From Chthonomonadaceae bacterium (GTDB taxonomy: Bacteria > Armatimonadota > Chthonomonadetes > Chthonomonadales > Chthonomonadaceae), in NCBI GenBank assembly GCA_035650735.1, contig DASRGZ010000096.1, positions 87,526 through 151,525 on the forward strand: 64,000 nucleotides of DNA, given 5' to 3'. The translations under genes were made by a program, and so were the position numbers. This document shows, one piece after another, positions 39,239-48,023 of the stretch; within the stretch, counting starts at the first letter, position 1; every line of letters starts with the position of its first letter. The notes beneath the pieces were generated by a model. It did not search any database. It had not been told where the DNA came from and saw nothing but the letters and a program-made list of their open reading frames with translations.

Positions 39239-39460
39239 ATGATGTCTGTTCGATCTCATACGAAAGATATACGCACCCCATTCTCGATGCCGTAGAGCGT
39301 CTTCTGGCCCGTTATGGCTATCAGAAGATGACGGTGGACGGCGTGGCGCGCGAAGCCGGGATGGCAAAGGGAACCCTCTATGCCTATTTCAGAAGCAAAG
39401 AAGAGATGGCGCTGGCGACCATAGACCGATTGATCGGCCATCTGGTGGAAGAGCTCCAAA
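39239..39460 (+). pseudogene. TetR family regulator, frameshifted and truncated
   Basis: AGGAGG plus ATG 39239; after a shift near 39278: ILDAVERLLARYGYQKMTVDGVAREAGMAKGTLYAYFRSKEE. Confidence 0.8.
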
Positions 39461-39499
39461 TCGAGGTGGTCGGACGACGCCGATTTGGATCGCGCGCCT

Positions 39500-41496
39500 G
39501 TCCGACAGCCATATCATTGAGATTCCACGCCATAACTCCACCGATTTCAATCCGATGTGGATCGGCTCTACAATCTACTTCCTTTCCGACCGGAACGGGC
39601 CGACGACGCTTTTCGCTTACGACGTGACGACGCGGCGTGTGCGGCAGGTCCTCACCAATCACGGACTGGACGTCGCTTCCGCTTCGGCTGGCCCCGGCGC
39701 AACCGCCTATGAGCAGTGCGGTTCACTTCATCTTTATGACCTGGCTTTCGGCAAAACGCGCGAGGTGAAGGTACAGATTCATGCGGATTTTCCGGCCATA
39801 CTACGCGCCTCTCGCCCTCCGGGGAGTGCGCCGCCTTTGAAGCGCACGGCGAAATACTGACGCTGGACGCCGCATCGGGAAAGGCGCGCAACATAACCGA
39901 ATCTCCGGGCGTGATGGAACGCTCCCCGGCGTGGTCGCCGGACGGGAAGACCCTCGCCTACTTTTCGGATGAGTCCGGAGAGTATGGGCTTCATTTGCGC
40001 TCAGCAGAGGGGAGAGGCACTGTAGAGAAGATCGATTTCGGAACGCCGCCTTCTTTCTACTACTCGCCCCGCTGGTCGCCCGATGGAACCAAGATCGCCT
40101 ACGCCGACAAGCGGCGGAACGTCTGGTACGTGGATCTCAGGACAAAAACGCCGGTGAAAGTGGATACGAACGTTCCTCTCTCCGACCTCTCGCCGGCCTG
40201 GTCGCCCGATAGTCAGTGGCTGGCTTATGCGAAGCGCCTGAAAAACGGCTTCGGGGTCATCTTTCTCTACTCACTCCCCACCAGGCAGCGTGTGCAGATC
40301 ACGGATGGATTGCACGACGCGGCGTGCCCTGCGTTCGCCCCGGATGGCAAACGCCTCTACTTTACTGCCAGCACAGACACGACCAGGCCGGGAACGCGCA
40401 ACGTCTATGTCATTGCCCTTCAAAAAGACGCGCCTGCGCTCCTTCCCGCCGCCAAAGGAGACGAGGACGCGCGGCCTCAGAACGACGCACAAAATCCAAT
40501 CCGCCCGGAGGTGAGCAGCATTCAAATAGACCTAGAAGACATTGGGCATCGGATGCAGGCAGTGCCTACGCCCGCGGATAATTACGTGGGATTGATCGCA
40601 GCCGATGACGAGGCTCTGTTCCTGCTTGAGTCAAAGAGCGCCCTACGTCGAGGGATTGGCCACGCGCGCCGACCTGAACGCTCTGTTTATGGAGATGTTA
40701 GGAAACCTCACGGTCTCGCATGTCGCCATCCACGGCGGCGATATACCGAGTACTCCGACGATCCCGGTCGGATTGCTCGGCGCGGACTATGTTCTCGAAA
40801 AACGGGCGCTACCGTTTCGCGCGAATCTACGCCGCCGATCCCTGGAACCCCGGCATGAAAGCCCCGCTCACCGAACCGAGCGCTCAGGTAAAAGTCGGCG
40901 AATATCTCCTGGCGGTCAACGGGAAGAGCTTGAGCGGAAGCGATAACATCTATCGTCTGTTTGAGGGGACGACCGGCAAGCCGACGGTCCTTCGCGTCGG
41001 CCCAGACCCGAACGGAAGCAGAGCCAGAGATATTACGGTTACGCCTATCGCGAATGAGCTCAGCCTGCGGCATTGGGCCTGGATCGCGGAAGCGACTCAG
41101 GAAAGCCTGCTGATCAACGAGTACGCCGGTTCTGGCGGGGATGCGCTGGCGCTGTTTTTTCGCAAATTGGGCGTCGGGCCGATTCTCGGCAAGCGCACCT
41201 GGGGCGGACTGACGGGAGCATTCGACACACCGGAACTGATGGACGGTGGGGTCGTCGAGATACCCGACGTCGCCTTTTGGGATCCAGACGGAGTATGGGC
41301 GGCGGAAAATCGAGGCATTGCTCCAGATCTGGAGGTAGAGTTCGACCCGGAGCAAGGGCGTAAAGGCCATGATCCCCAGTTGGAAAAGGCCATTGCTACA
41401 GTCTTGCACCTGCTGCACAAGAAACCTTTGCTACTACCGAAACGACCTCCCTATCCAAATTATTCCAGTCAGCGGTTGATGAGGTGGGCCAGGTAG
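39500..41496 (+). pseudogene. Tricorn protease (S41) remnant with frameshifts and internal deletions
   Basis: PMWIGSTIYFLSDR, WSPDG repeats, PDZ (GEYLLAVNG), INEYAGSGGD, GKRTWGG, ENRGIAPD spread over several frames. Confidence 0.85.
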
Positions 41497-42227
41497 CCCG
41501 CGCCGAAGCCATTGTCAATGTTGACCACGCCGACGCCAGTGGCGCAGGAGTTGAGCATAGTCAGCAGGGCGGAAAGCCCCTGGAAACTGGCCCCGTAGCC
41601 CACGCTTGTCGGCACGGCGATGACCGGGCGCGCGACCAATCCGCCGACGACCGAGGCCAGCGCGCCTTCCATGCCCGCCACGACGATCAGGACATTGGCG
41701 GAGAAAAGCTGCTCCTGGTGGCCCAGCAGGCGGTGAATGCCGGCCACGCCCACATCGTAGAGGCGTTCGACCGGGCTGCCCATCTCCGAGGCCGTGACCG
41801 CCGCCTCTTCGGCGACGGGCAGATCCGCCGTTCCGGCAGAGACGACCAGCACGGTTCCGGTGGGCGAGGGCGGAGGCTCCGGCCCGGACTCGCTGCCCGG
41901 CACAACCAGCATACGCGGCAGTTCGTGGTAGACGGCATGGGGAAAGACACACTGTACGGTGGCGGCCACTTCCGGCGCAGCGCGCGAGGCCAGCACCTTG
42001 CGCGAACGGGCCGTCAGCCGCTCCAGAATGGCAACAATGTGTTCAGTCGTCTTTCCGGGGCAGTAAACGACTTCAGGAAAGCCGTTGCGCAGGGCGCGGT
42101 GGTGATCCAGCTTGGCAAAGCCCAGGTCTTCAAAAGGCAGGGAGCGCAAGGAGGCTAGCGCCTCCGCTACCGACGTCTCTCCCGACTGTACGCGCTCCAG
42201 CAAATTCCGCAAACGTTCCACATCCAT
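41469..42227 (-). CDS. larB: Nickel-pincer cofactor biosynthesis protein LarB
   Basis: LDHHRALRNGFPEVV, AGTADLPVAEEA, DVGVAGIHR, AGMEGAL, PTSVGYG, NIDNGFGA. Confidence 0.93.
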   Translation of the reverse strand: MDVERLRNLLERVQSGETSVAEALASLRSLPFEDLGFAKLDHHRALRNGFPEVVYCPGKTTEHIVAILERLTARSRKVLASRAAPEVAATVQCVFPHAVYHELPRMLVVPGSESGPEPPPSPTGTVLVVSAGTADLPVAEEAAVTASEMGSPVERLYDVGVAGIHRLLGHQEQLFSANVLIVVAGMEGALASVVGGLVARPVIAVPTSVGYGASFQGLSALLTMLNSCATGVGVVNIDNGFGAGYLAHLINR

Positions 42228-42246
42228 ACCGCAACTTACTCCCAAT

Positions 42247-42978
42247 TCATTCTGTATTCTGCCGCCGCAGCCGCTCGATCTCGGCGCGCAATCGCGCAAC
42301 CTCCGCTTCGGCCTCTGCCGCCCTCCGCGCCTCCTGTTTGGCCCGCTGTCCCTCTGCTGCCGCCCGTTGCGCCAGTTCCAGGGATGTCAGCAACGGTTTC
42401 TGGCGCTGCGGGTCATACAGTCTTAAGGTCTCGCCTTCCTGCTCTAGATCCAGCCCTAGCTGCTGGCTGTGCAGCCTGCCTTCCGCCGGAAGCAGCGGTT
42501 GATACCTGCCTCCCACCAACCGATAGCCCTGCAACAAGTTGGGCTTGAGATAATCCCCCGTCGGGTCGAATAAGAAATATTCCGGCACTTCCAGTACCTG
42601 CTCGTAGACCCGGTGCTTCTTCTCGGTATCTTCCTTGCGCATCTTTTCGGACGTGATCTCAAAGACGACATCGGAAACTTACCGCCTTCCTTCCAGGCCA
42701 TATACGAGTCACGCAGGCGCATCCCTACTCCAAAGACGACATAGCAATCCGGGGAAACGACGGCTTTGGGATTGCCCTCCTCGTAGTATAAGGAAGTTAT
42801 CGCCGGCCACATAGACCTCCGGGCGGTCCGCAAAGTAAGCCCGAAGCGCGCTGATGCAGTACATAGTCACGGTGACATGTTTGTCGGTTGCGCCCATCGG
42901 CTTTCCATCGGAGGTTGGGTAGTAGATGCGCCGGGGGTGAGGCGGCGGTGATGGATGGCGCTGTGGTGCGGTTGCCAT
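42247..42978 (-). pseudogene. Uma2 (DUF820) family endonuclease with two frameshifts
   Basis: YPTSDGKPM; YYEEGNPK..VSPD; FEITS...EYFLFDP in different frames; shifts near 42790 and 42675. Confidence 0.85.
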
Positions 42979-42989
42979 AATAGTTGCCC

Positions 42990-43904
42990 TTACTTGCTGC
43001 GGACCTCGATCTGGCCGATGGGAATCAGATCAGGTTTGCGGGAGAGCGTATCGTTCATCTTGCCGGAGCGATATCCTTCCAGGTCGAGCGTGACGTAGGT
43101 ATAGCCTAAATCTTTAAAGCGGGCGTTGATCTGCTCGCGTAGCTCTACGACTCGCGGGATGTCCTGCGGCTCGACCTCGATACGCGCCACCGTGTCATGA
43201 TGGCGCACGCGAAACTGCCGGAAGCCGAGTTCCCGCAGATATTTCTCGCAGGCGTCCAGCTGCGCCAGCAGTTCGGCGGTGATGTGCGTGCCGTAGGGGA
43301 AGCGGGAGGACAGGCAGGCGAACGAGGGCTTGTCCCAGTTGGGAACGCCCAGATGGAGCGCCAGCGCACGCACGTCCGCTTTCGTCATGCCCGCCTCGCG
43401 CAGAGGGCTGCGGACGTCGCGCTCGGCGGCAGCTTTGAGGCCGGGACGGTGATCGCCGGGCCGACCGTCCTCGGCGTGGGAGCCGTCGGCGATCCAGCGG
43501 ATGTGGCGCTCTGCGGCGACTTTCTGCAATTCCGTGAATAGCTCCGTCTTGCAGTGATAGCAGCGGTTGGGATTGTTGACGGCGAAGTGCGGATTGGCAA
43601 GCTCATGCGTGCGGATGCGCGTGACCTGCACGCCCATGGCGGCAGCCACTTCCAGCGCCGCCTCGACCTCACCCTGCGGGAACGCCTCCGAGTCGCCGGT
43701 GACGGCCATCGCGTTCTCGCCCAGGACATCATGGGCCACCTTCAGGACCAGCGTGCTGTCCACGCCGCCCGAATAGCCGATGACCACCTGGCCCATCTCC
43801 CGCAAAATCTGCCTCAACTTCTCGTACTTGGCGGCCAACTCCGGGGAAAGCGTCCTCTCCTCTGTCGTCTCCATCGGACCGGCGCCCTGTGTTGCCTTGA
43901 TCAT
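42990..43904 (-). CDS. larE: ATP-dependent sulfur transferase LarE
   Basis: SGGVDS PP-loop, RCYHCK, RPGLKA, ACLSSRFPYG, RVRHH, GYRSG. Confidence 0.93.
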   Translation of the reverse strand: MIKATQGAGPMETTEERTLSPELAAKYEKLRQILREMGQVVIGYSGGVDSTLVLKVAHDVLGENAMAVTGDSEAFPQGEVEAALEVAAAMGVQVTRIRTHELANPHFAVNNPNRCYHCKTELFTELQKVAAERHIRWIADGSHAEDGRPGDHRPGLKAAAERDVRSPLREAGMTKADVRALALHLGVPNWDKPSFACLSSRFPYGTHITAELLAQLDACEKYLRELGFRQFRVRHHDTVARIEVEPQDIPRVVELREQINARFKDLGYTYVTLDLEGYRSGKMNDTLSRKPDLIPIGQIEVRSK

Positions 43905-43970
43905 AAGTTCTGCGTCCTCCTGCACAGGTGAGCGTGTTTGGATTATAGCACGATTCGGCTCCCGCGCCAA

Positions 43971-45878
43971 TTATTCCACAATTACATCTACGACCGCAGG
44001 GCTGCTCTGTTCCCCATAGGCGGCGCGCGCCACCCCGCGCAGGAGCTTGCGGCCCGCTGCGCCGCGGGATTCCAGGGTCAGGGTGAGCGTTTCCACCTGA
44101 CGGCCCATCGGCGGCAAATCCGTTATTGCCACCGCACGGCGGTTGAGCGCCCAACCCTCCGGGGGCGTCAGCAACAGCGTGCCAGTGAACTCGCGTCCGC
44201 CGAAGTTGTAAACCTGGGCTTCTACCGTCGTCGGTTGGCGGGAGCGCAGGCGAAAGGCTTGCGCCTCCTTGTCCGGCCGGGCCTGCGGCAGGCGCAGGCG
44301 CACCACGATCCCGCGCAAGCCATACCGTGGCGGCGGTGCCTCCGCAGAGGAGGCATTCGGCGCCGAGGGTGGGGGAACCACCTCCGGCAGCGCGTTCTGC
44401 GGCAGCAGCAGATAGACGGGCGCAGACGAGAGCGTCAGAACCGGCACGCCGTTGCGCGCGTCGGTCTCCATCGGGTGCGGTGTACCGACCACATCCAGCG
44501 TTTGCAGCGCCTTGCTCTGTTTGCGCGCGAACGGGGCTAGAGAGAGCGGCACGCGCACGCCCGGCCGGTCCGACCAGGCCATCAGCGTCTCGCCCTCGCC
44601 GTTGTTGAAGACGTGCAGATGCAGGCCGGGCTGCCGGAAGCGGATTTCGCCCAGATAGATCGCCGCGCCGAGCGCATCCGTCAGCGTCGCCAGCGCCGCA
44701 TAGCCCGGATAGGGCTTGAGGTCAGCCGTGAGCGTGCCGAACTCCACACCGTTCTCGAGGTAGTGTGGGAAGACGAAGAAGAAGTGCTTGTCCGTGCCGT
44801 GGGCCAGCGACTCGACATAGGACTTGGGGATAAACTCGGCCTGGCGGCGCTTGTCCTCCGGCGTAAGCGTGCCATCAACGGCCCGCAGGGGGATGCCCGC
44901 CTCCGTCAGCCAGACCGGGCGGCCCACTGCGCCGCTTTTGCGCATCAGTTCCCGATGGCTCCGTGCACGTGCCGCGTAGTTTTGAGGATTATCATAGATG
45001 TGGTAATTGTAGATGTCGTAATAAGCCGCAGCGCCGTTTTCCACCAGGCTTTGGGCAAAACGTCCGGGGGCCAGCGCGAAGGAGACCTGCGTGATCGGCA
45101 AATTGGATTCCTCGGCTTTAAAGCCCAGGTAGATCGCCTTGAGGAAGGCAGCGTACTCGCTGCCGGGGTCTACGGAGAAGGCCGGGATGTCCGCCTCGTT
45201 CCAGACCTCCCACGCCTTCACCTTGCCCCGGAAGTGACGCGCGGCGGCGCGGGCGAACTGATAGGCATCGCGCAGATCATCGGGAAAGCGGTTGGTGGCG
45301 CCGTCGGCGCGCGCCCATTTGGGCGTATCGTGGAAGACCTGGTAGACGTTGAGGCCGCGTTTTGCCTGCGCGCTGGCGGAGCGGTCGTAGCGGCCCCAGG
45401 CGAACTTGCCGCGCTCCGGCTCGACCTCGCCCCAGGAGAGGCGGTCGCGCACCCAGAGGAACCCGGCCCGGCGCAGCAGTTCTGCCCCCTCTTCGTAACG
45501 GGCTGTCGGGACCAGCCAGGAGAGCGCGGCGTCCACGGCGGGGCGGCCTTCCGCGCGCGGGTGCGGGCGCGGCACAACGACAAACGGGGTCGGCAGCGCC
45601 CGGCCCTCTATCTCGGCGGGCAGGATCTCATAGTAGCCGCGCGGCAGCTTCCCCAGGCTGATGGCGCTCGCCGGGAACTCGCCCTCCTTCACCACCTGCC
45701 CTGTGTAGCTCATCACGCGCACGCGGACGCGCGGCCCGCCACCTTCTGCCGTAAACCGCACCGCCTCGCCATCCAGGAAGACGTTTCCCGGCTCTTGCGA
45801 GGCAAATCGCACCTGCGCGCCCGCCTGCGCCGCCATTCCGAGCAGCAGTCCGACGCCGCAAAGCCCTATCAGGTTCAT
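43971..45878 (-). CDS. Secreted clan GH-A glycoside hydrolase (GH39/GH5-like) with C-terminal Ig-like domain
   Basis: Signal peptide, WVRDRLSW, WEVWNE, NYHIY, VWLTEAG. Confidence 0.75.
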   Translation of the reverse strand: MNLIGLCGVGLLLGMAAQAGAQVRFASQEPGNVFLDGEAVRFTAEGGGPRVRVRVMSYTGQVVKEGEFPASAISLGKLPRGYYEILPAEIEGRALPTPFVVVPRPHPRAEGRPAVDAALSWLVPTARYEEGAELLRRAGFLWVRDRLSWGEVEPERGKFAWGRYDRSASAQAKRGLNVYQVFHDTPKWARADGATNRFPDDLRDAYQFARAAARHFRGKVKAWEVWNEADIPAFSVDPGSEYAAFLKAIYLGFKAEESNLPITQVSFALAPGRFAQSLVENGAAAYYDIYNYHIYDNPQNYAARARSHRELMRKSGAVGRPVWLTEAGIPLRAVDGTLTPEDKRRQAEFIPKSYVESLAHGTDKHFFFVFPHYLENGVEFGTLTADLKPYPGYAALATLTDALGAAIYLGEIRFRQPGLHLHVFNNGEGETLMAWSDRPGVRVPLSLAPFARKQSKALQTLDVVGTPHPMETDARNGVPVLTLSSAPVYLLLPQNALPEVVPPPSAPNASSAEAPPPRYGLRGIVVRLRLPQARPDKEAQAFRLRSRQPTTVEAQVYNFGGREFTGTLLLTPPEGWALNRRAVAITDLPPMGRQVETLTLTLESRGAAGRKLLRGVARAAYGEQSSPAVVDVIVE

Positions 45879-45959
45879 ACACCGTTTGCGTCCTGGCATT
45901 CCACGTAAACTCCTCAAGTGATGTCAGTATCCTTTGGATTACGCGGACTATTTCGCAAC

Positions 45960-46316
45960 TCAGCGCGCTTTTCCTTGCCTCTTCTCCGGCCACTCTACCA
46001 GCCGATCAATCAGATAATTGGCACCATAGATCGCCATGAGTACCTCGGCAATAGTCCTCTCAGGTACCCGCCGTGTCGCATAGGTGACGCCCACGAGCAG
46101 CGCAAAGGCAGCCACGAAGCCGTACCGGGCGGGACAGTCCTTGCAAGCGAGAGTCAGGAAGAGGAACGCCACGGAGACGCTCATGACAAAGCGCAGGCCC
46201 AGAGGATAGCCGGCGAACGCCGCCCAGGCCGCGACGGCCCCAACCGCAACGAGCGCAGGGATGCGTAGCCTTGCCAACCAGTCTCGGAGCTTCGCATTCA
46301 CTTCTACGATCTCCAT
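45960..46316 (-). CDS. Small multi-TM membrane protein; possible second immunity/accessory gene of the RHS locus
   Basis: 118 aa, about four hydrophobic segments; directly follows the duplicated module. Confidence 0.6.
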   Translation of the reverse strand: MEIVEVNAKLRDWLARLRIPALVAVGAVAAWAAFAGYPLGLRFVMSVSVAFLFLTLACKDCPARYGFVAAFALLVGVTYATRRVPERTIAEVLMAIYGANYLIDRLVEWPEKRQGKAR

Positions 46317-46421
46317 ACTTCTGCAATCTCCATATCGGTAGCGTTTTGTACCGGCTCAGTGCTGTGTGAAATCGATTCTCCTCCTTTCCGTTCGGCTGGC
46401 GTTGGTGACCGTTGGCAGCTA

Positions 46422-46715
46422 CTACTGCTTATTATGTCCAGACGACGATGCGCGGAAAAAGGCGTAGGCTAAACTAAACCAAGCAAGCGCCACAAGCAGG
46501 CTAAAGAACTTCTGCCATCCTCTGGTCGAGGGCAGCAGATAACCGCTCTCCTGAAGCTTCTCCAAGCCCCAGGCAACCATCAGGAAAGGCACGGACGACT
46601 CGGCAATCAGGAGCGAGAGTGTAAGCGGCTTCTTGCGACGCAACAACCTAAGAAGAGACCATATCCAGATTGTTAAGCCAACGAGTATAAGGCTGAGCGC
46701 AGCAAATACCTGCAT
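46422..46715 (-). CDS. Putative immunity protein, copy 2 (3 TM)
   Basis: MQVFAAL...LLRRKKPLTLS..IAESS.PFL...ESGYLLPSTRGW; AGGAGG RBS; paralog of 47615-47914. Confidence 0.75.
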   Translation of the reverse strand: MQVFAALSLILVGLTIWIWSLLRLLRRKKPLTLSLLIAESSVPFLMVAWGLEKLQESGYLLPSTRGWQKFFSLLVALAWFSLAYAFFRASSSGHNKQ

Positions 46716-46844
46716 TTCTGCTCCCCTCCTATCCGGCAACAAGACAAACGAGCGCAATGCCGGCTGTACTCATATCTGCCTCCGCGTAATCGAGACGCTG
46801 CCGGCCCTCCATCGAGGAACGACCGATGGAGGGCCGGCATCACC

Positions 46845-47525
46845 TTACTGGCCTTTTATCCAGATGGCTATGTGTTTGGCGATGGCAACCCCGCCAACGG
46901 TCACAAACACAACGCTAACGATCACCGGGGCAAGCGTGGTCGCTCCTGCGCCAGCCGCGAAAGCCCCTCCAATCATGGCTATGTCGCCAAGCACCTGCCC
47001 GGCATGGCTGAGTGCAGGCCAGCCGAAGACGTCGCCCATACTTCCAATCCCGTAGCCAATGGCGCTGAGGCCTCCGAGCCGGACAGGCGTCCTGCCAAAG
47101 ATTCTACCCAGCTCGTCTATCATATCGGCCATGTGTCCGGTCGGATCCAGGCAATTGACGGGATCGTGATGGCAGTACAGATACGGAGGCTCACTCAGCA
47201 CGGTATCCCTGGTGAGGAACCGGCCAACCTGCGGGTCGTAGTAGCGCGCTCCCACCAGCAGCAGGCCCGCATCCCCGTCGGTCCGGTAGCCTGAGGTGGC
47301 GGCGAACATATAGGGGTTGGTGGACGAGCCGGTGGTTGCCACCGTCTGGCCGAAGGCATCGTAGGTGAGGGTGCCGGTCACGCTCTGGCTGGCGTTGGTG
47401 ACGGTGCGCTCGGAACCCAGCCCATCGAAGAGCGGGTACTCGCCATCCTTTCGCACCAGGGCGTTGCCGTAGGTGTAGGTGGCCGTCGTGGTCGAACCCT
47501 GCGCCTCCAGCCACACATGCCCCAA
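46845..47525 (-). CDS. Orphan RHS core plus variant C-terminal tip (no convincing start of its own)
   Basis: Near-identical to the last ~226 aa of 48024-51185; GARYYDPQVGRF, DPVNCLDPTG. Confidence 0.85.
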   Translation of the reverse strand: MGHVWLEAQGSTTTATYTYGNALVRKDGEYPLFDGLGSERTVTNASQSVTGTLTYDAFGQTVATTGSSTNPYMFAATSGYRTDGDAGLLLVGARYYDPQVGRFLTRDTVLSEPPYLYCHHDPVNCLDPTGHMADMIDELGRIFGRTPVRLGGLSAIGYGIGSMGDVFGWPALSHAGQVLGDIAMIGGAFAAGAGATTLAPVIVSVVFVTVGGVAIAKHIAIWIKGQ

Positions 47526-47614
47526 GAGCGGTAGCGTTTTGTACCGACTCGGTGCTTTGTGAATTTGATTCTCCTCCTTTCCGCTCAGCTGGCCGTAGTG
47601 ACTGTTGGCAGCGA

Positions 47615-47914
47615 CTACTGCTTATTGTGTCCAGACCACGAGGAGCGAGAATAGCCATAGGCGAAAATGAGAAAAGCAAGCGCCATAAGCAGGCCAACGA
47701 ACTCCCGCCATCCTCTGGTCGAGGGCAGCAGATAACCGCTCTCCTCAAGCCCCTTCAAGCCGACCGCAACAGCCAGGAAAGGCAAGGATGACTCGGCAAT
47801 CAGGCGCGAGAGCGTAAGCGGCTTCTTACGACGCAACAGCGTAAGGAAGGACGATATCCACATTGTTAAGCCAACGCCAATAAGCACAAGGCCGAGCGCA
47901 GCCATTACCTGCAT
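47615..47914 (-). CDS. Putative immunity protein, copy 1 (3 TM)
   Basis: MQVMAALGLV...; AGGAG RBS; immediately downstream of the RHS gene. Confidence 0.75.
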   Translation of the reverse strand: MQVMAALGLVLIGVGLTMWISSFLTLLRRKKPLTLSRLIAESSLPFLAVAVGLKGLEESGYLLPSTRGWREFVGLLMALAFLIFAYGYSRSSWSGHNKQ

Positions 47915-48023
47915 TTCTGCTCTCCTCCTATCCGGCAACAAGATAATAGTCCCGACGCCTCCGTGAAATCGAGACACTGCCGGCCCTCCATCGAGGAACG
48001 ACCGATGGAGGGCCGGCATCACC

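Noticed and set aside
47191..47748. 185-aa ORF crossing the duplication junction
   Set aside because: Out of frame with both the immunity gene and the RHS core; no plausible product
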